A stretch of 62,944 nt of DNA from a virus (taxonomy: Duplodnaviria > Caudoviricetes), in IMG/VR virus record IMGVR_UViG_3300025889_000118, positions 1 through 62,944 of that record; one strand, given 5' to 3'. The first letter of the stretch is position 1; each line of letters opens with the position of its first letter. This document shows positions 46,201 through 56,500 of this stretch, piece by piece. The translations under genes and the position numbers were made by a program. The notes under the pieces are model-generated. The model saw nothing but the letters and a program-made list of their open reading frames with translations, was not told the origin of the DNA and searched no databases.

Positions 46201-49200
46201 GTTTTTAGTGGGGCGTTCAAAGACAATAAACCATATCCTTCTAATGTTCTATTATCACTATTCATTAAACTATCCTTTCTTGTAGAACTATACAAAAGCC
46301 TATCAGAATTACAAAATAAAAACAATCTTGCCGCTTTAGAATCAATTTGATAAAATTTATCTTTTAATTCTAAAGGAGAAATAAAATCCGCATCTAAAGC
46401 ACCTGCAACTCTTTTGTTAGGAGTAATGGCTTGAATAATTGGGTTTGAATCTATGGCACTCACAAATTTTCTATCAACATAATTAGAACCAATAATCGGC
46501 ATAAAGCCTCTTTGCTCTATTGGATAATGATTATTTTTTGTAGTTCCAGTCTTACTTGATAATGATAGTCCTAATGGGGATTCGGGATTTCCTTTATAGA
46601 ATTCTGCATAATAATTTAAAATAGGAGTGGTTCCATAATACGGAATTAATCTTCCAGTATCAGTATCTTGTTTTAAAGAATATATTTTTTCTTTTCCTAT
46701 TTTTCCTTTTTCTATATTATCTAATCGAATAATATCCGCACCAAATTTTTCTTTGTATTTATATTCTGATATACCACCATGATGAGTTAAAAGTTGATAG
46801 TCAATTGGTAAGCGACTACTCCCTACCATGTTTATTATCTTACCACCGTGTAAATGAGCCCCGTTAGTTAAATGTAAGGTTCTTCTTTTTTTACCTGTGC
46901 TAATTTGAAAACTTTTTCCATTAGAATTAGCAGACAAATCTCTATCGAGATATATGTCTAAAAAGGCAGGAGAAGTATTTCTAATATTATAGCCAATAAA
47001 ATACCCAACAAATTCTTCTTCTATGTATAACGGTGTTCCTATTTCTAAATTATACTCACTAAATGAAGAAGCATCACAAAGAACATTTGGGTCTGTGCCA
47101 GTTGTTATAATGTCGGCTAAAGTAGTAAATGCAGAATCTTCGGAGTAAGGATTGATTTCTTCTCTACCTAAAGTTAGTGGCATATACGGTGCAAGTTTTA
47201 CTGTTTTTATGTTGTTATTTTCTTTAACTTCTAATACAGTAAAATCAATAAGAGTATTTACTATATCATCCTCAAAGGAACTTATTTCTAATTGAAAATC
47301 TAAATCAGTATCTATATTTTTAATTTTATTAATGTTAAATCCAGTAGCATTAGCATTATTATCTTCGCTAAGACCCACTAAGGTTTCGCCTTCTACTAAT
47401 GAATCAAAATCTCCTGTGAATTTGTAGCCATCTCTAAAAAAGAATCCTTTGTCACTTGCCCCTGTCAAACTTGTGACGCTATTTACTTTATTAGTGGAAG
47501 CAAGAGACTTATTAAGAATATACAATTTACTATTTTCTTTATACACTGTTTTGGCAGTATAAGTAGAAGAATAAGGGAAATCATGAAGGGTAGCGGTTGT
47601 GGAAGAAGTTGTTGCTCCATCTACTTGACCAATATAACCAAATTCACACCAAAGATGAGTATTGTGGGCTAAACTAACACTTGTAGAAAAAGTAATGGTT
47701 TTGCTATCAAAATCCCATGTGGCAGTAGTGCCTACTGTTGTTAAATCATTATATGGGCTATTGCTACTATAAATAATATCATGGCTAAATAAAGTATCTT
47801 TGTTTATGGTAATATCTATTAATTTCGATAAAGTATTTCTTCCCTTCAATTCAAAAATAGTTTGATTATTTTCTAAACTTTTATTTATTTCTTCTATCTT
47901 ACCATAAAATATTTCATAGTATAATAAAAATGCTCCTATTGCTCTTTCTAAGGAACTGTTGGAATCTAATAAATTGTTTTGAAAATCAATCGTTAGTAAG
48001 CCATATGTTTCATCTACATTTGTAATAAAAGAACCTATATTACAATAATAATTATTATACTGCTTAGTAGATAATATTCCACATAGCCTCGATAACTTAT
48101 CTCCGTCAAAATCAGAATTTGTATAGTAGGTAGAGTCTAAGGGGTTTAATCTTCTTCTATATACTTTATCTCCATCAGAAAAAGTAATTAAAGAAGTAGT
48201 GTTAGTAAAAACACCTTCACTTTCTAATCTACTATATTCTTTTAAGACAACATTTACATTCCCAGAAACCGAATCTACAATACAAACTCTATTGCCTATT
48301 TTTATTTCCATATTTGCTACAAAATAAAGATTAGGCTTTGGTAATAAAGAAGCCAAAGAGTAGGTTCTTGTTGCCGAATCAAATAATGATTCTATTTCAC
48401 CAACTTCTACCCACTCATTCAAATCGTCTTCTGCTATTTTTTGTTTTGCCATTAGCCTATCGTTATTAAATATCTTATTGCCTAAATTTTTAGTAATATC
48501 AACTAATTTAATTTCTGCAATACCGCTTTTGGCATCAAAAGTGTCTTCTATTGAAGCACTATAAGTATTAGGAATATAGTTATTATTTTCAGGAGAGTCA
48601 TTGTAAAATATGTATCTTTTATTACCTGTAAAATCTAAAGAAGAAACATCATCATTAGCATCTCTTCTTGCATTTACAAAACAATCGTTATAATCAGTAT
48701 AAGTTGTGTATGTTCCTGCTAAAACTGAACTTTCATTACTTGTAGCGGTATCGGGGTCATCTTTTTCTCTCAAATTATCAGTTAATTTAATGTTGTATGT
48801 GAATTTACTGTAATCAATTATTCTATTTCTGTAATCGCTAATAGTAATAAAAGTAGTATTGTCTCCTGTATTGAGAGTGACCGAAGTAGCAGTAGATACC
48901 CCGCTAATGTTTTCAGTTCTTAAGAAATATTTTGTATTGTGGTTAAGTTCTTCCTTTTTATCTAATTTAGAATCATAAAAGTAAAACAACGGCCTTGCAC
49001 ATATCATTTTAGAAACATCAGCCAATATTCCACAAGAAATGGCTAAAATATTATTTGATACAGTTGGCCCTTTAAATACCATAAATTTTACATCTTTTGC
49101 TATTTCATTTCCTAATCTTGGAGAAAATTCAAACTTATCTCCTAATTGGTCAGCACTCACTAATTTTGTAATCTTAGCAAAATGATGCATATTTGAATCA

Positions 49201-49541
49201 TCAGAATGAATTAGAACAAAGTAATCGTGGGTAGAAGGAACTCCTGCACTATCTACTGTAATTGAAGATAAGTCTAAGCCAATGTTATTAAATGCATCAA
49301 AACATCGAATAGAAAACCCATCAGTAGCATGTAAGTTAGAATATTCTCCTAATAGTGTTTTAGTAGAAACTGCCTCTTCGATAGTTGTTGTAGCAGTATC
49401 ATCTTCATAAACAATAGAAAATACCCTATTAGTTGAAGTAATAGCAGGACTAAAACTAAGCAAAGGATTAGTAGGAGTATCGTAATTATTGTTCGCTGGA
49501 CTGTTATATGAAGTCACTAAGCCCCCTAATGAAACCGTCAT
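43278..49541 (-). CDS. Large tail tip/hub protein (2087 aa)
   Basis: Size, position and a C-terminal hub-like segment (FNHVTVYG...LSVGDVVQL). Confidence 0.75.
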   Translation of the reverse strand: MTVSLGGLVTSYNSPANNNYDTPTNPLLSFSPAITSTNRVFSIVYEDDTATTTIEEAVSTKTLLGEYSNLHATDGFSIRCFDAFNNIGLDLSSITVDSAGVPSTHDYFVLIHSDDSNMHHFAKITKLVSADQLGDKFEFSPRLGNEIAKDVKFMVFKGPTVSNNILAISCGILADVSKMICARPLFYFYDSKLDKKEELNHNTKYFLRTENISGVSTATSVTLNTGDNTTFITISDYRNRIIDYSKFTYNIKLTDNLREKDDPDTATSNESSVLAGTYTTYTDYNDCFVNARRDANDDVSSLDFTGNKRYIFYNDSPENNNYIPNTYSASIEDTFDAKSGIAEIKLVDITKNLGNKIFNNDRLMAKQKIAEDDLNEWVEVGEIESLFDSATRTYSLASLLPKPNLYFVANMEIKIGNRVCIVDSVSGNVNVVLKEYSRLESEGVFTNTTSLITFSDGDKVYRRRLNPLDSTYYTNSDFDGDKLSRLCGILSTKQYNNYYCNIGSFITNVDETYGLLTIDFQNNLLDSNSSLERAIGAFLLYYEIFYGKIEEINKSLENNQTIFELKGRNTLSKLIDITINKDTLFSHDIIYSSNSPYNDLTTVGTTATWDFDSKTITFSTSVSLAHNTHLWCEFGYIGQVDGATTSSTTATLHDFPYSSTYTAKTVYKENSKLYILNKSLASTNKVNSVTSLTGASDKGFFFRDGYKFTGDFDSLVEGETLVGLSEDNNANATGFNINKIKNIDTDLDFQLEISSFEDDIVNTLIDFTVLEVKENNNIKTVKLAPYMPLTLGREEINPYSEDSAFTTLADIITTGTDPNVLCDASSFSEYNLEIGTPLYIEEEFVGYFIGYNIRNTSPAFLDIYLDRDLSANSNGKSFQISTGKKRRTLHLTNGAHLHGGKIINMVGSSRLPIDYQLLTHHGGISEYKYKEKFGADIIRLDNIEKGKIGKEKIYSLKQDTDTGRLIPYYGTTPILNYYAEFYKGNPESPLGLSLSSKTGTTKNNHYPIEQRGFMPIIGSNYVDRKFVSAIDSNPIIQAITPNKRVAGALDADFISPLELKDKFYQIDSKAARLFLFCNSDRLLYSSTRKDSLMNSDNRTLEGYGLLSLNAPLKTTTSSTKDATIGNTNTITNKDSDYIHSNILSSNKTLSNLKRMGIMRLTDVVYDWAFNQINPEFDVPNDRVIEASQLSYFDNYLVQDSSSTNLTVVNYPSLTTIKMNGTIDNVGVKDVILDLDNNRVIGVVTALSTTDVTNDTLNFNTLYLTDNGALKYGTGDTIRFAKYSEISNKLSVIGRDVEETMLFTLDEGGNTEVNNIHMLKGLLTNQASPTKWENYYIDSGSPSTIPQHFKNLQKGTDYGKNTIILPIAFTQFQSHYLLDSSIDPITESLLTFSDFYSTGGSNTWGVAATSPFTHYQTEFANFFMNLEPSNSGGSSSNDTKIGSLKTVILKEFTTNESGSSSQGTTTPFLTDASLNYVFRYMNLSGSSEPYYGNFITYPSFNTSQTYSTDEDKTVGAYLGFKPHVTFSSVTNNTVKSTNNNTLYYNSLDLIGDNKFLKNIDLTGCYLVPAERGKYYNKNDVTTASESIHKATPYDNEIIYIVSHEYDLTVTTTNPKCYFITDEQLANITYKVMQPNPICFWDNSPTTIRLNTLSSEYTKLMDSNDMYGAFPSFNSGKRTETQDTLSNLEGVQSMYVIVDMDNLSAEGNTIVKTSTGRETILNGINGEYCLSDGETVLITSAKGIDNEDNIGHYLEFGEMQKLDGVVSFSETFELEVNGGISPDAKRALIGTTVSITKEIEETVNELLIENDIDFTLTKENYNIFAAPDFQGGNLFDVINYLLRLKDKKLVNVSGNINIQNYDSTDFISKYTFTDDNITEIKTTKSKFDYFNHVTVYGQSHKAVRKNFREIKANGKKTLEVFQNKLTTQEDVDKEAYRLLVLHTKANTVINIKLAHSEIKTLSVGDVVQLESKASGIERNSYLVLEMSHSYSGAIELKLGQYIKGLEDALSELLISNSQTNSYLRKKEFNENENTFDFFDNFKIKEMHLLIRKREGTGALLGFSTPLNTNTSPFGFGGNITITKLLEEEL

Positions 49542-50689
49542 AAATCTACCTCCTCAAATCTTAGATATAATAGAGTTTCATCATAAAAAGGAAATAGAGT
49601 ATTAGTATAAAGAATTGATTTCTTTGCTCCTTTTTCTATTGAAAGTTCATGAATTTCTCCCATATATTGCATATCAGTAGAAGCATCATTATCAGAAGTT
49701 GTATTTTTACCTAAGATGCAATCTGTTCGAGCAAAAGAAAAATCAGAAGTTTCTGTATGAACACCACTAAAAACAGGTTGTCTATTATAAAACATAGTTA
49801 TAGAGTTTTTAGTGGCATTAAATACTACTGCTATATGATGCATATTTTCTGCATATTTAGGTTCTTTGAAAGTTTCTGTGTAAATATCTTCTCCCGATAC
49901 TAACGGAAGTGCCGAACCCGTATATGCTGAATTTAAAGTTATGCTTGTTGAAGAAGCCGAAGCCACTGTTCCGACTTCTACGAATTCTAAATCTCTTCTC
50001 ACATATACTTTTTGTCCTTGATAAAATATATCTGTAATGGCTCTTGAACCGTGATTAGTTGTATTTACTGCAATATTGCTACCTATCAAATAAGTAGTTG
50101 TGACTTCTGCAATACTATCATATTCTAATCTTCCATTAGAAGTAAATCCACTAAAATTATTTTTGACATGGGAATCACCAAAAGACCAAGATTTAGATAC
50201 TGATGGAGATATTATTACTGGGCTCTCAAAGGTTTCTTGAACTCCATTAATTGTAACATAAGCCTTTAATTTATATTCAGCAGGTTGATTATTATTAGTT
50301 GTTGTAGAATTTACTAAAGTTAATCTAAAATTATCATTATGAAATATGCACATTTCATGACCATATCTATCTGCTACTGGTAGATATGCCTCGCTTATTT
50401 TTCCACTTGTTCCTTGAGGCATTACATATTGACTTGTCTGTATGGCACTTCTTCCTCGTAGGCCTTTTTCTCCTGTTCCATTAATATCATACGGAGTCAC
50501 TATTGCTTCAAAAGTAAAAGAACCTGTATGTGACCAAATTCCATAAGGAACATCATCAGTTGTATCAGAAGCAGTATTTTCTATATCGGGAACATTATCA
50601 GCATACCCTATTGTAATGTGAGCATTACACATAATAGGAAAAACAATGCTTTGTTGCTTTCCAATATAAATATCATACATTACTATCAC
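49538..50689 (-). CDS. Tail protein with LamG/ConA-like domain
   Basis: SFTFEA, HHIAVVF, YMGEIHEL. Confidence 0.7.
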   Translation of the reverse strand: MIVMYDIYIGKQQSIVFPIMCNAHITIGYADNVPDIENTASDTTDDVPYGIWSHTGSFTFEAIVTPYDINGTGEKGLRGRSAIQTSQYVMPQGTSGKISEAYLPVADRYGHEMCIFHNDNFRLTLVNSTTTNNNQPAEYKLKAYVTINGVQETFESPVIISPSVSKSWSFGDSHVKNNFSGFTSNGRLEYDSIAEVTTTYLIGSNIAVNTTNHGSRAITDIFYQGQKVYVRRDLEFVEVGTVASASSTSITLNSAYTGSALPLVSGEDIYTETFKEPKYAENMHHIAVVFNATKNSITMFYNRQPVFSGVHTETSDFSFARTDCILGKNTTSDNDASTDMQYMGEIHELSIEKGAKKSILYTNTLFPFYDETLLYLRFEEVDL

Positions 50690-51334
50690 CTATGGGAAAA
50701 TTCTTGCTACCTTAAAACTCATACTAAATTCTATTTCTGTTGGAGATTCTGCACTAATAGTAAAATCAAAATTTTCTATAAATCCTGTCACTCCCGTTGA
50801 TGTTTCTTCTGTTGGAAAAGCACTTGGTAGTGGCACTCTTTCATTATCTAATTCTAAGGCACTTCCTCTTGAAGCAAAAGTAAATGGGATTCTTTCTACT
50901 GTCGGTCTTTCGGAATAGTTTTCATCAATATTGGATTCTATCAGAAAAACCAATTCATTAAAATTTTGATAGTGGGCTAAACCCGAAGAATCTACTCCCG
51001 ATGCAATTAATTGAGCCATCTCTTGAGCCGTCATTTTTATTTCATCAAATGTTGCACCTGTTTTAGTGTGGCTTCTTTTGATAGTAGTATTGGTTATAAA
51101 TCCGCTAAGATTAATTGATTTACTTCCCATTCCTAAATCAACTGCAATTGTTTCTGCTTCTCCTCTTGCAATACTTGATAATGGAACAGGTAAATTAGGA
51201 ACAGACCTACTTACATTTACTCCTATTTGAGTGACCTTAAGAGGAATAGTATCTACTAAATTTCCATTATCCGAATCAAAGGCGTTTATTTTTAGATAAA
51301 CATAATGTTGAGTATCATTCACTTCTATTGTCAT
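50690..51334 (-). CDS. Distal tail-like protein
   Basis: Follows the tape measure gene; DLGMGSKSINLSG. Confidence 0.6.
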   Translation of the reverse strand: MTIEVNDTQHYVYLKINAFDSDNGNLVDTIPLKVTQIGVNVSRSVPNLPVPLSSIARGEAETIAVDLGMGSKSINLSGFITNTTIKRSHTKTGATFDEIKMTAQEMAQLIASGVDSSGLAHYQNFNELVFLIESNIDENYSERPTVERIPFTFASRGSALELDNERVPLPSAFPTEETSTGVTGFIENFDFTISAESPTEIEFSMSFKVARIFP

Positions 51335-51338
51335 AGTA

Positions 51339-53042
51339 TCACCTTATTGTAGAAAAACTTCCTGTTTTTCTTGTTATACTTTGCATCACTTGTTGCCCTA
51401 TTACTTTTGATATTCTCTTCAATTCTGCATCGGAAGTATCTCTTGCATTAATTGTAATGTTAATTGTGTTCCCACCTTCATTTAACATTCTTCTGCTCTT
51501 AGCATTAGAAACAACATTAGAGCCTCTATTTCCTACTAATATTTCTGGGCCACTTTCTCCTACTACTGTTAATGGAGTATTTATTCTTCCACCACTTGCT
51601 TTAAAACCAAAGAATGATTTAAATTTACCATAAATCCATTTTGCAGCAACTAATACAACACCTACTCCAATAGCAACAAGCATAGCAGGAAGTCCGAAAA
51701 AGAAACCAATTAGAAGAACAATTCCTAAAGCAATCTTTCCTGCGTTCTTTTTGATGCTTTCTACACTTGTAAAAGTAGTAGAAATCCAATTTATTAGTTT
51801 GTCAAAGCCTGTCTTAACAAATGTAAATGCCAATGTAAATAATGCTCCCGCAGCAATCCATAGGAGTCCTAAAGCAACTTTTACTACTCCCCATGCTAAA
51901 TCAAATATTCCCATAACTACTTGAACAAAATCACCCGACATTATTCCTTCCCATATTGTGCCTATTGCTCCCCATATAGTTGCTAAACCATCTAAGAAAA
52001 GACCTGAATTTTCTTTAACAAAAGTCCACGCCTCATTTAAAGCAGGTAAAAGAGCCTCTTTGAATAACATAACTATCACCATTATTCCTGTCATGTATAG
52101 CATAACTGTAAGTAAGAAATTCATTAGAGGAGTCTTTAGAAGTTTCATTAACAAAGTTATAGGATTCAAGGCAGAAAGTATTTGTTTTCCAGTAGGTAAT
52201 TTTTTGAACTGTTTTCCCCAAAAAGCCTTTGAAAATAAAGCAGAACCGAATTTTTTAGTGACACTAAATAGGCTTTTACCTATTGCCATTGTTTTGCTTC
52301 CAAATGCAAGGGCTTGGCTTTTTCTTCTTTCAAGGGTTGAAGGTGTTAATTTTCTCGCTTTTAATTTTTCAAACACTTCTTGTTGAGAATCGCTTAATGT
52401 TTCTCCACCCGCAATTCTGTCTTCAAAAGATTTTATTCTTGCTTGAGTTTGTTTTCTTTCTGTTTTTTTAAGTGTGCCTTCTTTAAATATATTACTTGCT
52501 CTATATTTCCCAAATAACTTTAAAGTCGTAGTAAATATATTATTCGCTTCTTGACTTTCATCTGACATAGCCCTCATAGACTGTGAAACAAATCTAATTC
52601 CCGTAGAAAGTTGATTAAAAAGCCTAAAAGTCCCAGGCGGTAAAAACCCGTAAAAGATTTTACGAGCAGTAGCAACTTCTACTCCAAATATTTTCAAACT
52701 TTGAGAGTTATTACTCAATAATAAATCAGCATATTCTAATGCTGAAATAAAATTGCCTTGTCCTGTTACTGTTTTAAAATTCTTAAAAGTCTCATAAGAT
52801 AGTAAATTAACTTGTTTATTTTGTTCTTCTAAACTTTTAGTTAGCATAGTTGCTGCTTGGCTTCTTGTTTTCGCAACCTTTTTCTCTACTTGTTCTGTTT
52901 TTTGTAGAGTTTCTTTGTATTGTTTTTGTTGTTTTTCAGCAGCCGACATTGTGTTTTGTAATTGGCTTAACACTGTTCTCATATTATTAAGGGCAAAAGT
53001 ATTGTTCTTAATAATAACAGAAACATCAGCCGCCAACCCCAT
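51339..53042 (-). CDS. Tape measure protein
   Basis: Helical, hydrophobic W/F repeats; C-terminal ASGG...VVGESGPE. Confidence 0.8.
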   Translation of the reverse strand: MGLAADVSVIIKNNTFALNNMRTVLSQLQNTMSAAEKQQKQYKETLQKTEQVEKKVAKTRSQAATMLTKSLEEQNKQVNLLSYETFKNFKTVTGQGNFISALEYADLLLSNNSQSLKIFGVEVATARKIFYGFLPPGTFRLFNQLSTGIRFVSQSMRAMSDESQEANNIFTTTLKLFGKYRASNIFKEGTLKKTERKQTQARIKSFEDRIAGGETLSDSQQEVFEKLKARKLTPSTLERRKSQALAFGSKTMAIGKSLFSVTKKFGSALFSKAFWGKQFKKLPTGKQILSALNPITLLMKLLKTPLMNFLLTVMLYMTGIMVIVMLFKEALLPALNEAWTFVKENSGLFLDGLATIWGAIGTIWEGIMSGDFVQVVMGIFDLAWGVVKVALGLLWIAAGALFTLAFTFVKTGFDKLINWISTTFTSVESIKKNAGKIALGIVLLIGFFFGLPAMLVAIGVGVVLVAAKWIYGKFKSFFGFKASGGRINTPLTVVGESGPEILVGNRGSNVVSNAKSRRMLNEGGNTINITINARDTSDAELKRISKVIGQQVMQSITRKTGSFSTIR

Positions 53043-53251
53043 CACCTCATAGTTTGCTTTGTTGCTTTGTCTAATTCTTCGGATTTAATTTTTTCCATTT
53101 CTGAATGAACTACCAATAAATCTGTCACTAACTTTGCTGGCATTTTATACACTTCTAAAGGACTTATGCCTAAAGCCTTTGAAAGAGAATAAACGACTAT
53201 GAGAGAAACTGTTTCGGGGTTTCCTCCCCCGCCTTTTAGTGTTTCTCTCAC
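53042..53251 (-). CDS. Tail assembly chaperone T-part, reached by -1 frameshift
   Basis: In the -1 frame of the upstream chaperone; LGISPLEVYKMP. Confidence 0.75.
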   Translation of the reverse strand: MRETLKGGGGNPETVSLIVVYSLSKALGISPLEVYKMPAKLVTDLLVVHSEMEKIKSEELDKATKQTMR

Positions 53252-53263
53252 TAATCGTTTTTT
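53200..53263 (-). other. Programmed -1 frameshift signal
   Basis: A AAA AAC at 53263-53257, 6-nt spacer, then a 10-bp stem tgagagaaac/gtttctctca with an inner cgggg/ccccg. Confidence 0.8.
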
Positions 53264-53613
53264 TCGCCATCTTCCTCCATAGCCATAAACGGATTAGGAA
53301 GAATTTCTTTAATTTGATTACCCACAAAAGGAGTTAATCTGAGAATATCAATCGCTGAAAGACTTGGTTCAGTCTTTACAATAAAATTTTCAACCATGAA
53401 TTTAAACATAGCATTCAAATCTATATCCATGTCTTGACGCTTCGCATCAATCTTCATCATGCTATTCATGGCTTTATCTACCTCAAGCCATGTAGGTTCT
53501 TTTACCCACACTTTGAGGTATTCTTCTGTTTCGGGTGCTACTTTAATATAATGTAGCGTAGGCTCATTTAGTGCAAAAAGCACACTCTTATCTGTTACAA
53601 TTTTCTTTTCCAT
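53251..53613 (-). CDS. Tail assembly chaperone G-part
   Basis: Between the tail tube and tape measure genes. Confidence 0.8.
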   Translation of the reverse strand: MEKKIVTDKSVLFALNEPTLHYIKVAPETEEYLKVWVKEPTWLEVDKAMNSMMKIDAKRQDMDIDLNAMFKFMVENFIVKTEPSLSAIDILRLTPFVGNQIKEILPNPFMAMEEDGEKND

Positions 53614-53663
53614 TTTTCTCCACCTTCTATACCAACAAACAAACTAACGGTGTTGGTGGAATA

Positions 53664-53765
53664 TTATTCTGCTAATTTGGATTTTTTCTTTTTAGGAGTT
53701 TTCTTTTTTACCTCTTTTAGTTTTTCTTGAATCACTCGTAGATTCTTTTCATACCTTGAAACCAA
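53664..53765 (-). CDS. 33-aa Lys-rich micro-protein
   Basis: TTG start after GGGGTGA; ...KKKTPKKKKSK. Confidence 0.45.
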   Translation of the reverse strand: MVSRYEKNLRVIQEKLKEVKKKTPKKKKSKLAE

Positions 53766-53769
53766 AATA

Positions 53770-55770
53770 TCACCCCTGTAAAATCCAATGAGTTTTAACT
53801 GTGCAAGCACTTAGATTTCTTGGCATAACTGTTGCTTCTATTGCAATTGGCCCTTTATCATCGGGAATAGGAAAATTATTTGCAGTAATGAAGTAGTCTG
53901 TAAAGTTAAGTGTAATTGCTTCTCCGTTTGATTTAGTAAATACTAATTCAATTGTTTGTGTTGTATTTTCAGAATCATTTAGAAGTGCTTGATATAGCCT
54001 ATCATCAGTCACATGACCTGTAAATTGAATTTCATAAGTTCTTTGTGCAGGAATTCCTTCTTGAATATTCTTTCCACCTGCACCTAAGAATCTTCTGTCT
54101 TGTAGGTTATTATTCATAGTTAAAGTCAAAGTATTGATTTTAAGGAAAGAGTGGTCAAGAACCTTAAATGTTCCATCTGAGAAAAAGAACGGTTCTCTCA
54201 TATCATCACTATTATTTGTAGTATCAAAATTAAAGAAAGTAGTTTCTGATTCAATGCCTCTTCGAGCGTCATAAGATTCTGTTTGAGTTAAGTTGTGAAC
54301 ATTTCTTGTATTTAGGTCAAGTGTCATTTTAACTTCTTCATTTTCATTAGCGGTCATGGTTAGAGTATTTACTCTATTACCTCTTGCTATTGTTGTAAAG
54401 TTTAAGTCTTCATTATCTGCACCTGTGTTAGTTCTATAAATATTAGAAGAACCTGCTAATTTGCTAAAGTTTCTTTCAAGAGCAAAAGAAGGCAATAGGT
54501 CGCCATTTTGTTCTTCAAAAGTATAGGTAATTGGCTTGGTCATAGTTCCGCTTACAGTAGTGGGTCGGTCTAAAGAAACCATATTTGCTAATGTAATAAC
54601 ATTGGGTGGAAGAGGAGGACAAAAGACTCCATTGGAACTATCGTTTAAAACACTTCTAATAAAAATTGGGCCTGTTTCTGGAAAATCAGTAGTAGTAATT
54701 CCTGCTCCTCCCGAACTTTCGCCACTATCTCCCTCTAAGAAAATTTTATTTTTATCAGCACTATCGGGTGCAAAATTTGTTGGAGTAGTCACTGATGCAG
54801 TATCGCATTCAACTTCGGTGCATTTTCCTAAGAAATAATAAAGCCATGCACCATGATTAGCAACAAATCCTAAATTTCCGCCTGTAAAAGAAGTAATTCC
54901 TTTATATTGGTAAGTAAAGTTTCTTGAACCACCGAGAGAAAGATTAGTTTGTTTCATTTCAACTTCGGTATTAGGAAATGTAGCCGATTCAGTAATTCCT
55001 AACCATTGGTCAGAAAGAAGTCTTTTAGCGGCAGTTGTGGTAGAAGTTCCACCCGCAGTTGATTGAGAAACTAAAATAATAGAAGAAGCACTTGTTGTAG
55101 TTGCTGCGGAATTAGCACCACCATAAGCATTTGTGACAGTCACGACATTACCGCTTCTTGTTGCTGAAATATTAGAAACTCCGTTAATTACAGTTGTAAA
55201 TGCTGCTGCATATTCTTCTTTTGTGACTAAACCTGCATCAAAGATAGAAACTTCACTATCAGCATCAGCACTCGTTGTCGGTGCAGTATCTCCATCAGTG
55301 TCATCAAACCAAACTCCTCTTGTTGAGGCAGCACCACCAGCACTTGCTAAAATAGTAAATACCAAATAAATACCATCATAATCAGTTTTATCATCACTTA
55401 AGAAAGTTACAGTTGTCACTTCTGCTACATTTACAGTTGCACCCGCTACTTTAGGAGCAGGAACAGGAGTTCCATATGACTTTATAATGAAATAATTACC
55501 ACTTGCAACAGTTTGGGAAGGAGAGAATGTAATTGTAGTAGAATCATTAGAAGTAATTCTTGCAGTTGTTTGCAGTTCATCACTTGAATTATATCTTTCA
55601 ATTAAACAACCAACATACAAATCATCAATTAATGAAAAATTATCTGTAAAATCAGAATGAGCAGTAATCGTATCTACTGTTCCTGTTGTTGATGTTTTAA
55701 CATAAATATCCTGTTCAGGAATAAATGTTATACTCGCTCCGCTTCCTAAAAATATATCAGTATTTGCCAT
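53770..55770 (-). CDS. Major tail tube protein with inserted domains
   Basis: LPSFALE, VNTLTMTA, LTMNNNL tube-like pattern; upstream of the chaperones. Confidence 0.75.
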   Translation of the reverse strand: MANTDIFLGSGASITFIPEQDIYVKTSTTGTVDTITAHSDFTDNFSLIDDLYVGCLIERYNSSDELQTTARITSNDSTTITFSPSQTVASGNYFIIKSYGTPVPAPKVAGATVNVAEVTTVTFLSDDKTDYDGIYLVFTILASAGGAASTRGVWFDDTDGDTAPTTSADADSEVSIFDAGLVTKEEYAAAFTTVINGVSNISATRSGNVVTVTNAYGGANSAATTTSASSIILVSQSTAGGTSTTTAAKRLLSDQWLGITESATFPNTEVEMKQTNLSLGGSRNFTYQYKGITSFTGGNLGFVANHGAWLYYFLGKCTEVECDTASVTTPTNFAPDSADKNKIFLEGDSGESSGGAGITTTDFPETGPIFIRSVLNDSSNGVFCPPLPPNVITLANMVSLDRPTTVSGTMTKPITYTFEEQNGDLLPSFALERNFSKLAGSSNIYRTNTGADNEDLNFTTIARGNRVNTLTMTANENEEVKMTLDLNTRNVHNLTQTESYDARRGIESETTFFNFDTTNNSDDMREPFFFSDGTFKVLDHSFLKINTLTLTMNNNLQDRRFLGAGGKNIQEGIPAQRTYEIQFTGHVTDDRLYQALLNDSENTTQTIELVFTKSNGEAITLNFTDYFITANNFPIPDDKGPIAIEATVMPRNLSACTVKTHWILQG

Positions 55771-55800
55771 ATTGTTCTCCCCCTTCTCCTACAAACTTAC

Positions 55801-56310
55801 TTAGGGAATGCTCAAATTGAATCTCTTTGCTTCTAAACTCACCTTATATCCAAATAATTTTTTTGCTCGGTCATTACTTTCGCTTCTTGCTCCTACGAAT
55901 AATTGGGTAAATCTTGAACCATCAGTTGCAGTATAACCTTTACGGCTACCTTCAAGCACCCTACGAAGTATCAAGTATATAGCCCTTAGCCTGTCTTTGC
56001 CGTATGAAGAATCAAAGCCCGACCTTTCATCATGAAGGACTCTAATGTGTAAAGTGAAGGTATATGACTCATTTCTAATATCAAAATGAATCGTAGGATA
56101 TTCAATATTTTGTGAATCTTCAAAAACTACAATTGTAGCGGGGTATCTTCCCAAATCTACTCTTGATGCTTTATTTGCAGTAATACTTCTAATATCAATT
56201 ACTTCGGGAGTTACCGCATGAGAAGCACTAATAGTTCCATCACTTACTAAAGCAGTAGCATTAGTTGACCAATTTGTATTGATGAGGTCTATGAGAAGGC
56301 TGACTTCATC
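55801..56310 (-). CDS. Tail terminator/completion-like protein
   Basis: Size and position before the tail tube gene. Confidence 0.55.
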   Translation of the reverse strand, partial: DEVSLLIDLINTNWSTNATALVSDGTISASHAVTPEVIDIRSITANKASRVDLGRYPATIVVFEDSQNIEYPTIHFDIRNESYTFTLHIRVLHDERSGFDSSYGKDRLRAIYLILRRVLEGSRKGYTATDGSRFTQLFVGARSESNDRAKKLFGYKVSLEAKRFNLSIP

Positions 56311-56492
56311 CATGAATCTACCTCCTTCATTACATACTTATCAAGGTATTTACCATACTCTTCCATAGCATTATCAAAAACTTCTTGTTCGGAAAAAGAA
56401 ATATCTACTCCTAATACTGCTGAAAGTTCTTGCATGGCTAATTGTCTTTCCTTTTGAATCTCTAAAAAATCTTGAAATTTTTTTAGATTCAT
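56289..56492 (-). CDS. Small hypothetical protein
   Basis: ORF within the neck operon. Confidence 0.6.
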   Translation of the reverse strand: MNLKKFQDFLEIQKERQLAMQELSAVLGVDISFSEQEVFDNAMEEYGKYLDKYVMKEVDSWMKSAFS

Positions 56493-56500
56493 AAAATCCC

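Noticed and set aside
53625-53661. Hairpin taccaaca/tgttggtg upstream of the tail chaperone
   Set aside because: A single hairpin, plausibly an ordinary attenuator or stabiliser after the tail tube gene; not enough evidence for more
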